Below are positions 1 through 8,865 of a stretch of 53,490 nt of DNA, in pieces. Location: the NCBI GenBank assembly GCA_003550565.1, contig PUKQ01000096.1:1-53490 (forward strand), read 5' to 3'. How positions within the stretch are numbered: position 1 is the stretch's first letter; each line of letters starts with the position of its first letter. The position numbers and the translations under genes were made by a program. The stretch is from Syntrophomonadaceae bacterium (GTDB taxonomy: Bacteria; Bacillota; Dethiobacteria; DTU022; PWGO01). The notes under the pieces are model-generated. The model saw only the letters and a program-made list of their open reading frames with translations, made no database searches and was not told the DNA's origin.

Positions 1-1
1 T

Positions 2-2398
2 CATCCTGAAGCTTGTTTGATTTGCGACAAAGGGAACCGTTGTAAACTGCGCCAAATTGCCTCGGATTTGGGGGTGGGTGTAAATGAAATGGAAAAAATA
101 CCGCGTTTTGCAAGTGTAGAAGAATTAAACCCTTTTTTAACGAGAGACAATAGTAAATGTATATTATGCGGCAAATGCATCAGGGCATGCCAGGAAATTG
201 TGGTAGAAGGCGCTATTGATTATTACCAAAGAGGATTCATCACCAAGCCTGCTACTTTCAATGATTATCCCCTTGAAAATTCGGAGTGCACTTTCTGTGG
301 AACCTGTGTAGCTATGTGCCCCACCGGCGCGTTAACGGAGAAAGAAAAGCCGTATCAGGGAACCGGCAGGGAAACTGTGCAAACTACCTGTTCTTTTTGC
401 GGATGCGGATGCCCTATATTGCTGGAAATAAAAGATAACCATATAGTGAGAGCTTTACCGGCTGAAGGTAAAATCCCTCATAAAGGCGCTCTTTGTGTGC
501 GGGGAAGTTACGGATACGATTATATCAATAGCAAAGATAGGTTAACCAAACCCCTGGTAAAGAGCAAAGATGGCTTTGAAGAAGTTTCCTGGGAAGAGGG
601 TTTGACTGCTGCAGCTGCCGGCTTAAAGGAAGTTAAAGAAAAGCATGGCCCATCTGCTCTGGCAGTTTTGGGTTCTTCCAAGTGTACTAATGAAGAAAAC
701 TATCTTTTACAGAGATTTGCCCGGACTGTATTGGAAACAAATCATATTGATAACGGCAGCAGCCTTTATAATGCTGCAACCCGTGCAGGGTTGTCAGAAA
801 CTATTGGATTTTTAAGTGCTACAAACTTATTGGAAGCACTTGAACAAGCGGAAATAATTTTAATGGTTGGCGCAGATCCTGCCGTAACTGCTCCTCAGGT
901 AGCCTATGCATTGAAGCGCGCTGTCAGGCAACACCATGCAAAATTAATCCTTATTGATTCTTGCTCTACAAAACTTTCCTCTTTTGCTCATCAGAGCATT
1001 TATCCCCATCCGGAAAGCGAGCTGGCATTATTAAACAGCCTGTCGAAAGTTATTATTGACGAAGGTTTATTAAATAGTGAATACCTGAGTCGCCAAACAG
1101 AAAGTTTTGCAGATTTTGAGGCGGCACTTGAAAACTTTTCTCCCGAAAATATAGCGGAAATTACGGGGGTTAATGCTATGGAAATCCGTAATGCCGCCCA
1201 TCTATATGCAGGGGCGGAAAAATCTGTAATAGTTTTTGGAGCAAGAGCTGCCGGCACTGTAAATGGTGCGGAAAATATTAAGGCAATTGCCAACCTGGCC
1301 CTCCTTACCAATAATGTGTGGGGCCGTGGGTGTGGCATCTATCCTCTTCAGAAAGAAAATAATGCCCAGGGTGCGGGTGAAATGGGGTCCTTGCCTAATT
1401 ATTTGCCCGGTTTTCGTTCACTTGCGGAAGTAACGGCTCGCCAAAGTTATGAAAGCCTCTGGCAAAAAAACTTACCTTCTGTATCAGGATTAAGTGCAGT
1501 AGAAATACTCTCTCAGGGCCATGATGGGGCATTAAAAGGCCTTTATATTGTGGGTGAAAATCCTGCTGCCGGGTTTCCCCAGTCTAAATTAGTTGCAGAT
1601 ACACTGGAAGGATTAGAGTTCTTGGTAGTTCAAGATATGTTTTTAACAGAAACAGCTAAAGATGCTGATGTAGTTTTACCTGCAGCGAGTTTTGCCGAAA
1701 AGGAAGGCTCTTTTACTAATTTTGAAGGAAGAATAGGCTGGCTGCAACAAGCTTTTACACCGAAAGGAGAAAGCCTGGCTGACTGGGATATTATTCTGCG
1801 TTTGGCTCGGCAATGGGGAGATCCTTTGCCTTATTTTTCTTTGCAAGAAGTGATAAACGAAATTGAGGAAAATGTACCCTTTTATGAAGGTTATATTTAC
1901 CCGGAAAAAAGATTGGGGGAGAAATGTTCTTACCTGGAAGAGCGTCGCAATAGAATTTTTCAATCTTTTACGGGGTTTCCCTGCTTTTCTATCCCACAAT
2001 ATACTCCTCCACTACTTGAAAGAGATAAGAAATATCCGTTTTATTTAACTGTGGAGAAGGTACTTCCTCATTTTGGCAGTGGAGTAAGAAGTGATAAAGC
2101 TCGGCGTTTGAAAAGCTTTTATCCCGAACCTTACTTAAGCATTTCTCCGGGAGATGCCCATGAGTTATCTTTGGTGTCCGGTGAACATGTTTATGTAAAA
2201 TCTCCCTTTGCGCAAATAGAACTGGTTTTAGAAGTTTCCAATGGCATACCCTCGGGAACTTTATCTGTGCCTGTTTCTATTTCGGGAGTAATGGATCTTT
2301 TTGGTGCCGCTACCGTTTCGGAAATGGATAATAACCGATGGGATTTCAGCTTGGCAGGTTGTTACGTTAATTTAGAAAGGGTGAGTATAAATGAGTGA
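2..2398 (+). CDS. NuoG/FdhA-like molybdopterin-oxidoreductase-family Fe-S subunit; 5' end cut by window edge; formate dehydrogenase catalytic dyad absent
   Basis: The frame is open back to nt 2. HPEAC-LIC-DKGNRC gives H-x3-C-x2-C-x5-C, the His-ligated 4Fe-4S motif of NuoG/HydA N-termini. CILCGKCIRAC and CTFCGTCVAMCP are ferredoxin motifs. CSFCGCGC...ALCVRG is the MopB-type cluster, and TNEENYLLQRFAR is typical of the FdhA/NuoG family. The position that aligns to E. coli FdhH ARV-U-H reads SSL-Y-N. Confidence 0.8.
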   Translation, partial: HPEACLICDKGNRCKLRQIASDLGVGVNEMEKIPRFASVEELNPFLTRDNSKCILCGKCIRACQEIVVEGAIDYYQRGFITKPATFNDYPLENSECTFCGTCVAMCPTGALTEKEKPYQGTGRETVQTTCSFCGCGCPILLEIKDNHIVRALPAEGKIPHKGALCVRGSYGYDYINSKDRLTKPLVKSKDGFEEVSWEEGLTAAAAGLKEVKEKHGPSALAVLGSSKCTNEENYLLQRFARTVLETNHIDNGSSLYNAATRAGLSETIGFLSATNLLEALEQAEIILMVGADPAVTAPQVAYALKRAVRQHHAKLILIDSCSTKLSSFAHQSIYPHPESELALLNSLSKVIIDEGLLNSEYLSRQTESFADFEAALENFSPENIAEITGVNAMEIRNAAHLYAGAEKSVIVFGARAAGTVNGAENIKAIANLALLTNNVWGRGCGIYPLQKENNAQGAGEMGSLPNYLPGFRSLAEVTARQSYESLWQKNLPSVSGLSAVEILSQGHDGALKGLYIVGENPAAGFPQSKLVADTLEGLEFLVVQDMFLTETAKDADVVLPAASFAEKEGSFTNFEGRIGWLQQAFTPKGESLADWDIILRLARQWGDPLPYFSLQEVINEIEENVPFYEGYIYPEKRLGEKCSYLEERRNRIFQSFTGFPCFSIPQYTPPLLERDKKYPFYLTVEKVLPHFGSGVRSDKARRLKSFYPEPYLSISPGDAHELSLVSGEHVYVKSPFAQIELVLEVSNGIPSGTLSVPVSISGVMDLFGAATVSEMDNNRWDFSLAGCYVNLERVSINE

Positions 2399-2876
2399 AA
2401 AACTAAAAAAACCCGAAATAGATATGGAAAGGCTTACGCACATAGTGAACAGTTATAAGTATCAAAAATGGTCTTTAATCCCTTTGGTACAGGACATTCA
2501 AGCTGAATTCGGCTTTATTCCCCCTGAATCCATACCCATTATTGCCGATGCTTTAAACCTATTTCCCAGTGAGGTGCAGGGAGTAGTTTCTTTTTACGCA
2601 CAGTTGTATACAGAGCCAAGGGGTAGAAACATAGTTCGTGTTTGCCGGGGAACGGCTTGTCATGTTCGTGGGGGCAAAACAGTGCTAAAACTGGTAAAAA
2701 AACAGCTGGGATTACAAGAAAACCAAACTTCTGAAGACCTGGAATATACTTTAGAAACAGTAGCATGCCTTGGAGTTTGTGCTCTTTCCCCCAGCATGGT
2801 TATAAATAACCAGGTATATGGAAATATGAACCCCAAAAAATTAAAGCTCTTATTTAAGGGGGAGGAGGATAGTTGA
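2391..2876 (+). CDS. NuoE/HydC-type thioredoxin-like [2Fe-2S] subunit
   Basis: 161 aa. VCRGTACHVRG ... CLGVCALSP gives the four-Cys pattern of NuoE/HndA. It overlaps the upstream gene by 8 nt, which suggests translational coupling. Confidence 0.85.
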   Translation: MSEKLKKPEIDMERLTHIVNSYKYQKWSLIPLVQDIQAEFGFIPPESIPIIADALNLFPSEVQGVVSFYAQLYTEPRGRNIVRVCRGTACHVRGGKTVLKLVKKQLGLQENQTSEDLEYTLETVACLGVCALSPSMVINNQVYGNMNPKKLKLLFKGEEDS

Positions 2877-5800
2877 TTATGCAAAAACGCACTGTATTTG
2901 TTTGCCAGGGAACCGGATGCTTTTCCAGTGGCTCTCAGGCTCTCTATGATCATTTACTTACGGAAGTAAAACGCTTGCAAATTCAGGATGCTGAAGTAGA
3001 TTTTACCGGATGCCATGGATTTTGTGAACAAGGGCCCATTGTCATCGTAGAACCGGAAGGAATATTTTACACTCGCGTTCAATCTGAGGACGCTTCCGAA
3101 ATAGCATTATCTCACCTGCAAAAAAACATACCGGTAGAGCGGCTCTACTATCGAGATCCTTTGAGTGGAGAGGCGATACCTTATTATAAAGATGTTAATT
3201 TTTATCAAAAACAACAGCGAGTAATTTTGGAAAACTGCGGGCATATAAACCCTGAAAATATTGAACATTCAATAACAAAAGGAAAATACCGGGGATTGGA
3301 AAGGGCCCTGCTAAATTTATCTCCCCAACAGGTCATCGAGGAAATAAAAGCATCGGGACTACGTGGCCGCGGGGGAGCCGGCTTTCCCACAGCGCGCAAA
3401 TGGGAATTTTGTTTTAACGCTCCCGGACCCAAAAAATATGTGATCTGTAATGCCGATGAAGGCGATCCCGGAGCTTTTATGGATCGTTCCATCCTGGAAG
3501 CCGATCCTCATGCGGTAGTAGAAGGTTTAACTATCGCCGGCTATGCTGTTGGTGCTGATGAAGGATATATTTATGTGCGCGCCGAGTATCCTCTGGCAGT
3601 GAAAAGACTGCGAATGGCCATTAAAGAAGCCTTAGATAAAGGTTTTTTGGGTAAAAATATTATGGATTCCGGTTTTAATTTTACCCTGAATATTAAAGAA
3701 GGTGCCGGTTCTTTTGTGTGCGGTGAAGAAACAGCCCTTATAGCTTCTATCGAAAGCCGTCGGGGAATGCCCAAGCCTCGTCCTCCTTTTCCTGCTCAAT
3801 CCGGGCTGGATGGAAAGCCAACGGTTATAAACAATGTTAAAAGTCTGGCAGCTGTTTCAGCCATTATGCGGCGTGGAGCAGATTGGTTTGCTTCTATAGG
3901 CACTGAAAAAAGCCGGGGAACAGTAGTTTTTGCCTTAACTGGAAAAGTAGCCAATAGTGGACTGGTGGAAGTAGAAGCAGGTACACCACTATCTTCCATC
4001 ATTTTCGATATAGGCGGTGGTATTCCTCGGGGCAAAAACTTTAAAGCTGTCCAAACCGGCGGTCCTTCGGGAGGATGTATCCCGGCACCTTACATGGATA
4101 CCCCGGTAGAATTTGAAAATCTGGCTCGCCTGGGATCCATCATGGGATCAGGGGGCATGGTGGTTTTGGATGAAAGCACTTGCATGGTAGAAATTGCCAG
4201 GTATTTTCTCAGCTTCACTCAATCGGAATCTTGTGGGAAGTGCACCCCTTGCCGCTTGGGCACCAGGCAAATGTTGGAGATATTAACCCGCATTACCCAG
4301 GGTTTGGGTCGAGACGGAGATATCGAGGCTCTCTACAATATTGCGAAAACAGTGAAGGAAGGCTCTTTATGTGGATTAGGACAAACTTGCCCTAATCCGG
4401 TTTTAACAACACTTGATTATTTTCGTAAAGAATATGAAATGCACATAAGAGAGAAAAAATGCCAGGCTGCGGTCTGCGATGCGCTTATGATTTCTCCCTG
4501 TCAACACACCTGCCCCGTGGGGGTAGATGTGCCTCGCTATGTGGAAGCTATTTCACGGGGGGCATATCTGGAATCGTTAGAGATAATCAGAGAACGTAAT
4601 CCTTTTCCCGCTATTTGCGGACGAATTTGCCATCATCCATGTGAAATGAGGTGCCGTCGTGGTGAACTGGATGATTCCCTGGCTATCAGGGCGTTAAAAC
4701 GTTTTGCCGGCGACTGGTATTTTGATAATATTCAAGAACTTCCTCCACCCGAACCTTTTGAGCGCCTTTATTCGCAAAATATTGCCGTGGTTGGGGCAGG
4801 CCCCTGCGGGCTTTCTTGCGCATATTTTTTAGCCCAGCTGGGATACGGAGTTACCATTTTCGAAGCTTTGCCTGTAGGCGGAGGAATGCTTTCTGTGGCT
4901 ATTCCTGAGTTTCGGCTACCCGAAAAAGTTCTTGAGGAAGAAATTAATTATATCCAAAATTGTGGGGTAGAAATTAAGTATAACACCCCGATTAACGTTA
5001 ATTTTACCATTGAAGATCTTAAGCAAATTGGTTATGATGCTGTATTTATTGCCGCCGGAGCTCAAAAAAGCCAGCAAATAGGAATACCCGGTGAAATTGA
5101 AGATTTGGAAGGATTTTATTATGGTTTACGTTTCCTGCGGGATGTAAAGATAGGCAAGACGGTATCTATTGGCAAAAAAGTGATAGTTATCGGCGGAGGT
5201 AATGTTGCTTTGGATACTGCCCGCACGGCTGTTCGCATGGGAGCAGAGCAGGTTGAAATATTTTATCGCCGCACCGAGGAACAAATGCCGGTTTCGGAAT
5301 TTGAGTACAAAGAAGCTTTAGATGAAGGAGTGAACGTGAATTTTCTGGTGAGTCCTACGCGCGTTGTAAGCGGTAATTGGAAGGTAACGGGAATAGAGTG
5401 TATTAAAATGAAACTGGGTGAGCCCGGCAGCGATGGAAGGCGTCGACCGGTACCGGTATCGGGAACTGAATTTTTTGCCGCAGCAGATACCGTATTTGCT
5501 TCCGTGGGACAGGCCCCTGATCTTTCATTTTTGCCAATTGATAGCGCCCTGGAGCGCTCTAGAATGGAAACCCTGGTGGTAGATGAAAATAGTCTTTCTA
5601 CAAATGTGCCGGGTGTATTTGCCGGAGGCGACTTTGTTACCGGCCCTGATATGGTAGTTGAGGCCATTGCGGCGGGAAGAAGAGGGGCGTTGGCTATAGA
5701 TAAGTATTTTAGAAAAGATCCTTCGCGGGTTTTAATGTATGATCTTCCTCTAAGTATGGGTATGGGAAAGGAGGAAGATGAGGAAGAAGGCTCTGAAGGC

Positions 5801-5971
5801 CTTGAAGAGGAATTGGAGGAAGAAACCTGGCAACCACAATTTCGACCCGAAACACCTCAACTTTCCGTCTTAATTAGGAAAAAGAGTTTTCAAGAAACAG
5901 AATTATGTTTTTCAGAAGAAGAAGCGGTTCAGGAATCGAAACGGTGCCTCAGGTGTGATCTGGAAAGATAA
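2873..5971 (+). CDS. Fusion flavoprotein: Trx-like [2Fe-2S] domain, NuoF/HydB NADH-FMN-FeS core and GltD/NfnB-type FeS-FAD-NAD(P)H oxidoreductase
   Basis: N-terminus: VFVCQGTGC...GCHGFCEQGP. NuoF motifs: GLRGRGGAGFPT and ESCGKCTPCR. GltD/NfnB-type region: CQHTCPVGVDVPRY...ICGRICHHPCEMRCRRG. Two Rossmann motifs: VVGAGPCGLSCAYFLA and VIVIGGGNVALDTA. There is an acidic E/D-rich tail and a terminal CLRCD. ATG at 2879 after GGAGGAGGA is the more likely start than TTG at 2873. Confidence 0.85.
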   Translation: MIMQKRTVFVCQGTGCFSSGSQALYDHLLTEVKRLQIQDAEVDFTGCHGFCEQGPIVIVEPEGIFYTRVQSEDASEIALSHLQKNIPVERLYYRDPLSGEAIPYYKDVNFYQKQQRVILENCGHINPENIEHSITKGKYRGLERALLNLSPQQVIEEIKASGLRGRGGAGFPTARKWEFCFNAPGPKKYVICNADEGDPGAFMDRSILEADPHAVVEGLTIAGYAVGADEGYIYVRAEYPLAVKRLRMAIKEALDKGFLGKNIMDSGFNFTLNIKEGAGSFVCGEETALIASIESRRGMPKPRPPFPAQSGLDGKPTVINNVKSLAAVSAIMRRGADWFASIGTEKSRGTVVFALTGKVANSGLVEVEAGTPLSSIIFDIGGGIPRGKNFKAVQTGGPSGGCIPAPYMDTPVEFENLARLGSIMGSGGMVVLDESTCMVEIARYFLSFTQSESCGKCTPCRLGTRQMLEILTRITQGLGRDGDIEALYNIAKTVKEGSLCGLGQTCPNPVLTTLDYFRKEYEMHIREKKCQAAVCDALMISPCQHTCPVGVDVPRYVEAISRGAYLESLEIIRERNPFPAICGRICHHPCEMRCRRGELDDSLAIRALKRFAGDWYFDNIQELPPPEPFERLYSQNIAVVGAGPCGLSCAYFLAQLGYGVTIFEALPVGGGMLSVAIPEFRLPEKVLEEEINYIQNCGVEIKYNTPINVNFTIEDLKQIGYDAVFIAAGAQKSQQIGIPGEIEDLEGFYYGLRFLRDVKIGKTVSIGKKVIVIGGGNVALDTARTAVRMGAEQVEIFYRRTEEQMPVSEFEYKEALDEGVNVNFLVSPTRVVSGNWKVTGIECIKMKLGEPGSDGRRRPVPVSGTEFFAAADTVFASVGQAPDLSFLPIDSALERSRMETLVVDENSLSTNVPGVFAGGDFVTGPDMVVEAIAAGRRGALAIDKYFRKDPSRVLMYDLPLSMGMGKEEDEEEGSEGLEEELEEETWQPQFRPETPQLSVLIRKKSFQETELCFSEEEAVQESKRCLRCDLER

Positions 5972-5980
5972 AAAGGAGGG

Positions 5981-6655
5981 ATGATCTTGAAATCTATAAC
6001 CAGGCTAAAACCTTATGCAGAAATTATGCAACAGCTGGAAGATTGCAACCGAGTTTTTATAGTGGGGTGCGGTACTTGTGCTACGGTGGTTCAAACAGGG
6101 GGGGTAGAGCAGGTAGAAGCTATGAAAGAGCAACTGCAGGACTCAGGGATGCTGGTAACCGGCTGGACGGTTATACCCACTGCCTGTGACGAGATGACTT
6201 CTGCTTCAACTGCTGAACATGAATCAGCCATCCAAAGCGCAAATGGAATATTGGTTATGGCTTGTGCTCTGGGGGTGCAGAGGCTAAATCTTTATACAGG
6301 CAAACGAGTCTTACCCGCTCTTGATACTTTGTTTATGGGGTTGGAAGAAAGTCCCGGCTATTTTGTGGAAGCTTGCGACCAGTGTGGAGAGTGCATTCTT
6401 GGCTATACGGCAGGGATATGCCCGGTAACTGCCTGTCACAAGGGTTTACTTAACGGCCCGTGTGGTGGTACCAACAAGGGTAAATGTGAAGTGGATCAAG
6501 AAAAAGATTGTGCTTTTACTCTTATATATCAGAAGTTAAGAGACCTGGGCCGGCCGGATTTAATGAAGCATTATCACCCCCCTAAAAATGCGCAGGCATG
6601 TCCTAGGCCAAAAGTTAAGATTCTGGAAGCAAAGGAGACAGAACAATGGATTTAA
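5981..6655 (+). CDS. metV: MetV, the Cys-rich small subunit associated with acetogen-type methylene-THF reductase
   Basis: 224 aa. Cys-rich motifs VGCGTCATV, CDQCGECILGYTAGICPVTACHKGLLNGPCGG and KCEVD. It sits immediately upstream of metF and overlaps it. RBS AAAAGGAGGG lies just before the ATG. Confidence 0.8.
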   Translation: MILKSITRLKPYAEIMQQLEDCNRVFIVGCGTCATVVQTGGVEQVEAMKEQLQDSGMLVTGWTVIPTACDEMTSASTAEHESAIQSANGILVMACALGVQRLNLYTGKRVLPALDTLFMGLEESPGYFVEACDQCGECILGYTAGICPVTACHKGLLNGPCGGTNKGKCEVDQEKDCAFTLIYQKLRDLGRPDLMKHYHPPKNAQACPRPKVKILEAKETEQWI

Positions 6656-7536
6656 AATTTAAAAGTTTACTTGATTCCGGAAAGTTTGTAGTGACTGCAG
6701 AAGTGGCACCGCCTAAAGGAATTGAGCTTGAACAGATGAACCATCACATTGAGCTTCTTAAAGGCAAAGTAGATGCTTTAAATGTAACCGATCACCAAAG
6801 TTCAGTTATGCGTTTCCCTTCCCTGGGAGGCTGCCTTGCCATTAAGGAAGGAGGCGGTGAAGCCATTTTGCAAATGACCTGCCGTGATCGCAACCAGATA
6901 GCCCTGCAGTCTGATCTCCTGTTTGCATACTCCCGGGGTATAAGAAATGTCCTTTGCCTTACCGGGGATGCTATGCCGGTGGGAGATCACCCTCAAGCCC
7001 GCGGTGTATTTGAAATGGACTCTGTTCAATTATTGCATTGTATAAACAGGTTGGAAGAAGGTTATGATATGGGAGGCAATGAATTAAAGGGAGAAGTTTC
7101 TTTTTGTAAGGGAGCAATAGTCACTCCGGAAGCAGATCCTTTAGAGCCTCAATTGAGCAAATTTGAAAAGAAAGTTGAAGCGGGTGTGGAATTTATTCAG
7201 ACCCAGGCTATCTATGATCTGGATAACTTTGCTGCTTTTATGGAGCATGCCCGACAATTTTCTGTAAAGATAATTGCCGGAATTGTTTTACTTACTTCTG
7301 CGAAAATGGCCAGATATATGAACAACAACGTTCCCGGCATTTTCGTGCCCCAGCATCTGATTGATGAACTGGCCGATGCTCCCAAAGGAACTGCTCTGCA
7401 GAAAGGAATTGAAATTGCGGGCCGCATGATTGCCACTTTACATAATGATGCCCTCTGTGATGGAGTCCATATCATGGCTATTAATAAGGAAGAAGTTGTC
7501 CCGGATATTTTGGAGGCTGCGGGTCTTCAGTCATAA
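6646..7536 (+). CDS. metF: 5,10-methylenetetrahydrofolate reductase (MetF)
   Basis: 296 aa. It matches the MTHFR family pattern: VTAEVAPPKG, ALNVTD, LQMTCRDRN, VLCLTGD and FIQTQAIYD. It overlaps the metV stop by 10 nt. Confidence 0.9.
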   Translation: MDLKFKSLLDSGKFVVTAEVAPPKGIELEQMNHHIELLKGKVDALNVTDHQSSVMRFPSLGGCLAIKEGGGEAILQMTCRDRNQIALQSDLLFAYSRGIRNVLCLTGDAMPVGDHPQARGVFEMDSVQLLHCINRLEEGYDMGGNELKGEVSFCKGAIVTPEADPLEPQLSKFEKKVEAGVEFIQTQAIYDLDNFAAFMEHARQFSVKIIAGIVLLTSAKMARYMNNNVPGIFVPQHLIDELADAPKGTALQKGIEIAGRMIATLHNDALCDGVHIMAINKEEVVPDILEAAGLQS

Positions 7537-7551
7537 TAATATTAACCTTTT

Positions 7552-8805
7552 TTAAGGCATATTTTTATCAACATAAACGGCTAATTTTCCTAGAAAGTTA
7601 ACATAACTACCAAGTTCATTGTCATACCAACCGAAAATTTTAGCGTGGGTAACCGGAATATTAATGTCCTCTTGTATTTCGATGCCGTGTTCGCGAAGGG
7701 TTTTAGCATAAAAGGGTATGAAACCGGTTCTGGTATGTGTTTCTGCTCCTTCAATAATAATTGCAGCAGGATAACCAATCATGTCGGATGAAACGTTCTT
7801 TTTTTCACTGTAGACAAGCATTTCTTTTTGGGGGCCTTCAGCGGCTTTTTTATAAATATTGTTAATAAAATTTTTGCTTAAAAGAGGTTCGCCATCTTCG
7901 CTTAGGGTAGTGTTAAACGTAACGTTGAGGACAATGAGAGAAGCTGTACTAATGGGAACTCTAACTGAATCTGCCATGATGCCGATCTGCTTTATTTCCG
8001 GTAAAATATTTTCCAGAGCAAACCCTGCGCCGGTAGTGGTCATGATTATGTTGTTAAATACAGAACGAGTTTTTCTCAAATCAGAAGCATCTGCTTTAGG
8101 TGCTGAATCTAATATATTTTGATTATTTGTAGCTGCATGGACAGTAGACATTGAAATAGTAATAATTTCTGATGTTTCGCGGGTATCCAGCAGCGGGCTG
8201 ACCATGTGGGCCAAACCGGTAGTTGTACAGCTGGCGGCAGAAATAATATGGTGTTCATCAGGTTCGTATTCATGATGATTGATTCCATATACAAAAGTGC
8301 CGCAATCAGGTGGAATGTCTTGGATGTTATCGGACGCTTTAAAGGGAGCGCTAACAATAACTTTTTCGGCCCCGGCTTCAAGGTGACCGCGCATGCCGCC
8401 TTTGGGGTGATCTGCAGGAGCAGTGGGATCAACAAAATTTCCCGTGCACTCCACAACCAACCGCACATCTTCCCTAGCCCAGTTAATATTTTTTGGATTT
8501 CTAGAATCCGCAATAAGTTTAATCGGTAATCCGTTAATAGTAAAAATAGATGACTCCCGATCAACAATTTCGATATCGCAGGTATTGCCCGAATATCCGT
8601 AAAAGAAATTATCCAGAGATCCAAAAGTAGAATCTTTTACCAGGTAGTCAATAAAGTCTTCCAATTTTTTGCCCACTTTTCTGCCGGCATTAATAACAAA
8701 ACCATCAAAGTGCCCATAGTTTAAATGGTTCCACAGGGTGAGTTTCCCAATCCGCCCGATACCATTGATGCCTATTTTTTTAGTGCTTTTTAGGAGATTA
8801 CTCAA
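7552..8805 (-). CDS. Long-form glyceraldehyde-3-phosphate dehydrogenase family protein
   Basis: 417 aa. IGINGIGRIGK is the NAD-binding N-terminus. SAASCTTTGLAH matches the canonical SCTTNCLAP catalytic Cys. TVHAATNNQNILD contains the catalytic His. DLRKTRS and VRVPISTASL are Pi-site-like. It has a TTG start and is the last gene of the minus-strand pair with the 1360-aa protein. Confidence 0.8.
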   Translation of the reverse strand: MSNLLKSTKKIGINGIGRIGKLTLWNHLNYGHFDGFVINAGRKVGKKLEDFIDYLVKDSTFGSLDNFFYGYSGNTCDIEIVDRESSIFTINGLPIKLIADSRNPKNINWAREDVRLVVECTGNFVDPTAPADHPKGGMRGHLEAGAEKVIVSAPFKASDNIQDIPPDCGTFVYGINHHEYEPDEHHIISAASCTTTGLAHMVSPLLDTRETSEIITISMSTVHAATNNQNILDSAPKADASDLRKTRSVFNNIIMTTTGAGFALENILPEIKQIGIMADSVRVPISTASLIVLNVTFNTTLSEDGEPLLSKNFINNIYKKAAEGPQKEMLVYSEKKNVSSDMIGYPAAIIIEGAETHTRTGFIPFYAKTLREHGIEIQEDINIPVTHAKIFGWYDNELGSYVNFLGKLAVYVDKNMP

Positions 8806-8865
8806 TTTCCTTTTTCACCCCTATCTTTCTAAAATATATTGAATTATTGAGCAAATTTGTCTTTA

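Noticed and set aside
2-2398. Possible selenocysteine recoding in the formate-dehydrogenase-like gene
   Set aside because: There is no in-frame TGA. The aligned catalytic position is a TAT (Tyr) codon, so no SECIS-dependent recoding is needed.
8109-8624. 171-aa alternative-frame ORF inside the GAPDH-family gene. Similar embedded or antisense ORFs lie at 1000-1338, 5263-5667, 13385-13801 and 48328-48789.
   Set aside because: All lie within genes that carry clear family motifs in another frame or on the other strand. None shows a recognisable motif or RBS. I treat them as shadow ORFs.
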